A DNA stretch of 64,000 nucleotides from Eledone cirrhosa (Eukaryota): positions 6,200,001 through 6,264,000 of the forward strand of contig OZ024754.1 of assembly GCA_964016885.1 (NCBI GenBank). The letters run 5' to 3'. Positions 61,653-64,000 of the stretch are shown here, in pieces (the stretch's first letter is position 1; the number at the start of each line of letters is the position of its first letter). The translations under genes were made by a program, and so were the position numbers. Below the pieces are notes generated by a model. It saw only the letters and a list, made by a program, of their open reading frames with translations. It was not told where the DNA came from and did not search any database.

Positions 61653-63944
61653 TAGATACACATACACTGTCTATATATTATCACTGTCTATTTTCCATGC
61701 TTGTATAGGTTAAAAAGGTCACCATGTTTTGAGGTTAAAGTGGTAACATAATCCCGTCCTACTTGTAAGCTCAGATTTTTGGCTCGGTTTCTAAGGATGG
61801 ATGTCCTTTCTAATGCTAACCACTTTACAGAGTGGGCTGGATGCATTTTATTGTGGCACCAGCACTATCACTTTACAGAGTGGGCTGGGTGCATTTTATC
61901 GTGGCACCAGCACTATCACTTTACAGAGTGGGCTGGGTGCATTTTATTGTGGCACCAGCACTATCACTTTACAGAGTGGGCTGGGTGCATTTTATCGTGG
62001 CACCAGCACTACCACTTTACAGAGTGGACTGGATGCATTTTATTGTGGCACCAGCACTATCACTTTACAGAGTGGGCTAGGTGCATTTTATTGTGGCACC
62101 AGCACTATCACTTTACAGAGTGGGCTGGATGCATTTTATCGTGGCACCAGCACTATCACTTTACACAGTGGGCTGGGTGCATTTTATTGTGGCACCAGCA
62201 CTATCACTTTACAGAGTGGGCTGGGTGCATTTTATTGTGACACCAGCACTACCACTTTACAGAGTGGACTGGATGCATTTTATTGTGGCACCAGCACTAC
62301 CACTTTACAGAGTGGACTGGGTGCATTTTATCATGGCACCAACATAAATAAAACAGATTGGTTACAGATGTAAGATATCTTGAATCATTTATAACTTTGG
62401 CCGGGATTTTTACAGCCGGATGTCCTTCCTAACACTAACTACATTTACAGTGTGGAACTGGATAGCACCATTATGAGGAGGGACAGGCCAGTTGGCTGTG
62501 CCGTACCTTTACCCTGCTTACAGTGGAACCAGTTTGGGAGCCACAACCATATTTACCGACAAATGAAAATGTAACCTGATTATATAGGGAAATATAAATA
62601 TGTCAACTGCTACAGTGAGAAGTGTTCGAATGATGATAGCTGTGGCATGGAGGATACGCAGATGTTGGTCCAGAAAAAAAAAAAAAAAAGGACCAACCGT
62701 ACCTAACTCATTCACCTATTTGGAACATGCACACACACACACACACAAAACATGACTGATACGAAAAGGAAATAGCTAATGATGGGAAATTTCCAAAATA
62801 AAACAAGAGTTGTTCAATAATGGTAATAAAAGGCAGCAAATTGCCAGAATTGTTAGAAATGCTGGACTAAATGCTTTGAAGCATTTGTTCTGACTGAGCA
62901 CCATGAGTTCAAATCTTGCCTAGGTCAACTTTGCCTTTCATCTTTTCAGTGTTGATAAATAAAGAACCGGGTCCAGGGATAATGGTCTGGCGGAATTATT
63001 AAAATGTCAAATGGGATGCCTTGCAGTATCTGTTCCAACACTGTATGTTCTCAGTTCAAATCCTGTCTCCTAACAACAGGAAAGTGGTGAGGCTGCTGCC
63101 AGGAACAGCAGCCAACAGATATTACCAGAAATGGAAACGACTGATGGAAACAGTTTCCATGGTCCGATCTAAAGATTGGAATTTACCTTTCTTAATAGTT
63201 AATTCTTAAATTTCTTAAATGTCTCCAAGAAAATAAATATTCAATAAACACAAAAACATTGAACGACCAAATAACACAAATATAATAATCATCACAGAAA
63301 CTTTCTTTTTCTGGTTTACAATTTTTTTCTATTTCAAAGGGATAGTTCTTATGAAACAGAATATTTACATAGATATTAGCTACTCTCACCATCACTACAT
63401 ACCCCTTCATAAAGGAACACAAGGAAGATTTAAACACTGGACCACGAGTCTTCACATCCTCGTAACACAAGGAAGATTTAACCACTGGGCCACGAGTCTT
63501 CACATCCTCATAACACAAGGAAGATTTAACAACTGGGCCATGAGACTTCACATCCTTGTAACACAAGGGAGATTTAAACACTGGGCCATGAGACTTCACA
63601 TCCTTGTAACACAAGGGAGATTTAAACACTGGGCCATGAGACTTCACATCCTCGTAACACAAGGGAGATTTAAACACTGGGCCATGAGACTTCACATCCT
63701 CGTAACACAAGGGAGATTTAAACACTGGGCCATGAGACTTCACATCCTTGTAACACAAGGAAGATTTAACCACTGGGCCATGAGACTTCACACCCTCATA
63801 AAGGAACCCAAGGACCAGGTTAACCACTGGGCCATGTGCCTTCACATCCTCATAACACAAGCAAGATTTACATACCTGATAACCACATGTACAAGGGAAG
63901 AAATTTTTATCGTCTATTTCCAGAGGATCCATACATAGTGGACA
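39469..63944 (-). CDS. CNOT4: CCR4-NOT complex subunit 4 (E3 ubiquitin ligase); 17 coding exons in window, 5' end outside window
   Basis: Manually spliced exons all have GT..AG boundaries and consistent phases (2589 nt including stop). Product has a C4C4 RING, coiled coil, RRM, C3H zinc finger, DWQAAFGF/DDLGFDP motif, QDGLRALLPNINI, HWMKSIQQLTE and NPPPGF, all recognisable metazoan NOT4 blocks. Confidence 0.97.
39670..39880 (+). mobile_element. Second tRNA-derived SINE family (B); minus-strand copy at ~45750-45982
   Basis: Box A TGGCCTAGTGG, box B GGTTCGATTCC; body CCCTGTGATAGACTACCATCCTGTCCAGGGG...TACTCTCAGTCGCTTCA resembles, from memory, a conserved Deu/Nin-type SINE core. Confidence 0.75.
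40158..40290 (-). mobile_element. 5'-truncated SINE family A with 16-bp TSD (CNOT4 intron)
   Basis: TACATAAAATTATAAT at 40146-40161 and 40294-40309. Confidence 0.92.
40724..40822 (-). CDS. CNOT4: CNOT4 exon (AGWVPQTHNPPPGFHTQIRPPTQTTEPHKMTE)
   Basis: TTGTAG| and |GTAAGC, 99 nt, phase 1/1; conserved NPPPGF..RPP. Confidence 0.9.
41653..41769 (-). CDS. CNOT4: CNOT4 exon (NFSHMPDNPHWMKSIQQLTEFD...)
   Basis: TTGCAG| and |GTCAGT, 117 nt, phase 1/1. Confidence 0.88.
42507..42678 (-). CDS. CNOT4: CNOT4 exon (HDGFHLKDLQDGLRALLPNINISFG...)
   Basis: TATCAG| and |GTAAGT, 172 nt; conserved QDGLRALLPNINI. Confidence 0.94.
42735..42942 (+). mobile_element. SINE family A (diverged)
   Basis: GAGTTCAAATCC...TTTCATCCTTATGAGGTCGAT...GGCCTTGTACCTA. 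Confidence 0.8.
43483..43619 (-). CDS. CNOT4: CNOT4 exon (EFNSGKVVEYIYNQPKLPQQ...STQ)
   Basis: TTGTAG| and |GTAAGT, 137 nt; phase 1/0 bridges its neighbours. Confidence 0.85.
43865..44530. repeat. 25-bp minisatellite, ~26 copies (intronic)
   Basis: Unit CCCATATTTCTACTAAACACACTGT. Confidence 0.96.
44585..45025 (-). CDS. CNOT4: CNOT4 exon: CAF40-binding motif (GFDPWNESSKALADLMEKE), His/Pro/Gln-rich tract, PPGF, polyQ
   Basis: TTTTAG| and |GTAAGG, 441 nt, phase 1/1. Confidence 0.93.
45135..45370 (+). mobile_element. RTE 3'-end fragment; similar fragments at ~34815, 41035, 42370, 51630, 52915, 55140-55440, 57040-57275, 59350, 60560, 61190-61410, 61680-61820, 62400
   Basis: Share GGTGCCAC..AAAATGCAC, GGAAGGGCATCCAGCTGTAGAAA or CCCATGC..GC.TGGAA..GGACGTTAAA with the RTE 3' UTR. 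Confidence 0.75.
46382..46504 (-). CDS. CNOT4: CNOT4 exon (IPESLPSLEIPDTIPVTSATDWQAAFGFAPKSVDYQDDDL)
   Basis: GAACAG| and |GTAAGA, 123 nt, phase 1/1; conserved DWQAAFGF. Confidence 0.94.
47189..47398. mobile_element. TTAA-specific (piggyBac-type) MITE, 210 bp
   Basis: TTAA|CCCTTTAGCATTTA...TAAATGCTAAAGGG|TTAA. Confidence 0.88.
47430..47765. mobile_element. Plus-strand SINE A (47474-47645) inserted into an older minus-strand SINE A
   Basis: The host SINE is split at ACTGGTA...TTTATC by an opposite-orientation copy. Confidence 0.82.
47802..48079 (-). CDS. CNOT4: CNOT4 exon (VENYSNGSIDSPNIR...ADSLSFFSGNGFS...HST)
   Basis: ATACAG| and |GTGAGA, 278 nt; phase 2/1 fits both neighbours. Confidence 0.88.
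48057..49196. repeat. 40-bp (some 38-bp) minisatellite, ~28 copies, spanning a CNOT4 intron/exon junction
   Basis: Unit AACCATTACTGTAATTTTCTACCCTGTATAATACAACATA; the first copy overlaps exon 47802-48079. Confidence 0.97.
49638..50096 (-). CDS. CNOT4: CNOT4 exon, Ser/Thr-rich low-complexity region with poly-Ser
   Basis: Open frame 49634..50227, tandem acceptor CAAG/TAG, donor |GTAAGT, phase 2/2. Confidence 0.88.
50417..50611. mobile_element. TTAA MITE copy
   Basis: TTAA|CCCTTTAATG...ATGCTAAAGGG|TTAA, same internal sequence. Confidence 0.85.
51294..51392 (-). CDS. CNOT4: CNOT4 exon (KHQEYEQKLLEQFMNSQ...)
   Basis: TTTCAG| and |GTAAGC, 99 nt, phase 2/2. Confidence 0.94.
51797..51864 (-). CDS. 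CNOT4: CNOT4 exon, C3H finger end (DCMYLHELGEEAASFTKEEMQMG)
   Basis: TTACAG| and |GTAAGT, 68 nt, phase 0/2. Confidence 0.96.
52460..52624 (-). CDS. CNOT4: CNOT4 exon, RRM C-half and start of C3H finger (GPSASAYVTY...LGTTKYCSHFLKGAQCPKS)
   Basis: TTGCAG| and |GTAAGT, 165 nt. Confidence 0.97.
53729..53876 (-). CDS. CNOT4: CNOT4 exon, RRM N-half (VVQKNLVFVVGLSQRLAEPDVLKKHEYFGKFGKIHKVVINQSTSYAGAQ)
   Basis: TTTCAG| and |GTATGT, 148 nt, phase 2/0. Confidence 0.97.
55837..56057. mobile_element. TTAA MITE copy (opposite orientation); partial copies at ~43146-43300, 58800-58970, 60327-60500
   Basis: TTAA|CCCTTTAGCATTTA...TAAATGCTGAAGGG|TTAA. Confidence 0.85.
56492..56581 (-). CDS. CNOT4: CNOT4 exon, coiled coil (LHRIKKEKRQKDLQRKQKAAENRKHLANVR)
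   Basis: CTGTAG| and |GTAGGT, 90 nt, phase 2/2. Confidence 0.95.
56745..56930 (-). mobile_element. SINE family A (diverged); further fragments at ~47050-47160, 56160-56260, 59103-59216, 62830-62960
   Basis: GGCACAAG...ACTGGTACTTTATT...GGGATTTGAACTCAG. Confidence 0.75.
57493..57539 (-). CDS. CNOT4: CNOT4 exon (QYPEDPAEFKPLTEDE)
   Basis: TTTTAG| and |GTAAGT, 47 nt, phase 0/2. Confidence 0.95.
58640..58705 (-). CDS. CNOT4: CNOT4 exon, RING second half (ICRFCWHRIRTDENGLCPACRK)
   Basis: TTACAG| and |GTATGT, 66 nt; not in the ORF track. Confidence 0.97.
61821..62341 (-). repeat. 48-bp minisatellite (~11 copies) derived from the RTE 3' UTR
   Basis: Reverse complement GGTGCCACAATAAAATGCACCCAGCCCACTCTGTAAAGTG matches RTE 21327-21368. 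Confidence 0.93.
63416..63870. repeat. 48-bp minisatellite (~9 copies) abutting the RING exon donor
   Basis: Unit ACACAAGGGAGATTTAAACACTGGGCCATGAGACTTCACATCCTCGTA. Confidence 0.95.
63876..63944 (-). CDS. CNOT4: CNOT4 exon, RING first half (CPLCMDPLEIDDKNFFPCTCGYQ)
   Basis: TTTCAG| acceptor, |GTATGT donor, 69 nt, phase 0/0. Confidence 0.97.
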
Positions 63945-64000
63945 CTGAAAATGAACAAATATAAATATATTAGACAAATACTTTCATATTTATAGTCAAC

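Noticed and set aside
61779-62373. 153-190-aa repeat ORFs
   Set aside because: Arise from a 48-bp LINE-UTR-derived array in an intron.

Overview
Eukaryotic (animal) genomic DNA that is AT-rich and extremely microsatellite-rich. The SINE/RTE/TA-repeat landscape suggests a coleoid cephalopod (Octopus-like); this is an inference. The right half holds a minus-strand CNOT4 gene (CCR4-NOT subunit 4 E3 ligase). I could join 17 GT-AG coding exons in phase from the RING domain (63944) to the stop codon (39469), giving 862 aa; the start codon lies beyond the window. The left half is mostly repeats: a near-intact RTE-clade LINE with a PHD-like finger inside its RT, a decayed second copy, many tRNA-derived SINEs with TSDs, TTAA/piggyBac-type and Tc1/mariner-type MITEs, several minisatellites, about 8 kb of TA/TACA repeat and a 200-N gap. 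Most unusual observations: (i) a ~28-copy minisatellite whose unit is the 3' splice site of a CNOT4 exon; (ii) an in-frame duplicated 5' splice site inside the CAF40-binding motif; (iii) a complete minimal type-I hammerhead ribozyme motif at ~1043-1107; (iv) an orphan Cys-rich, CaaX-ending terminal exon candidate. Almost all long ORFs in the supplied track are microsatellite artefacts.
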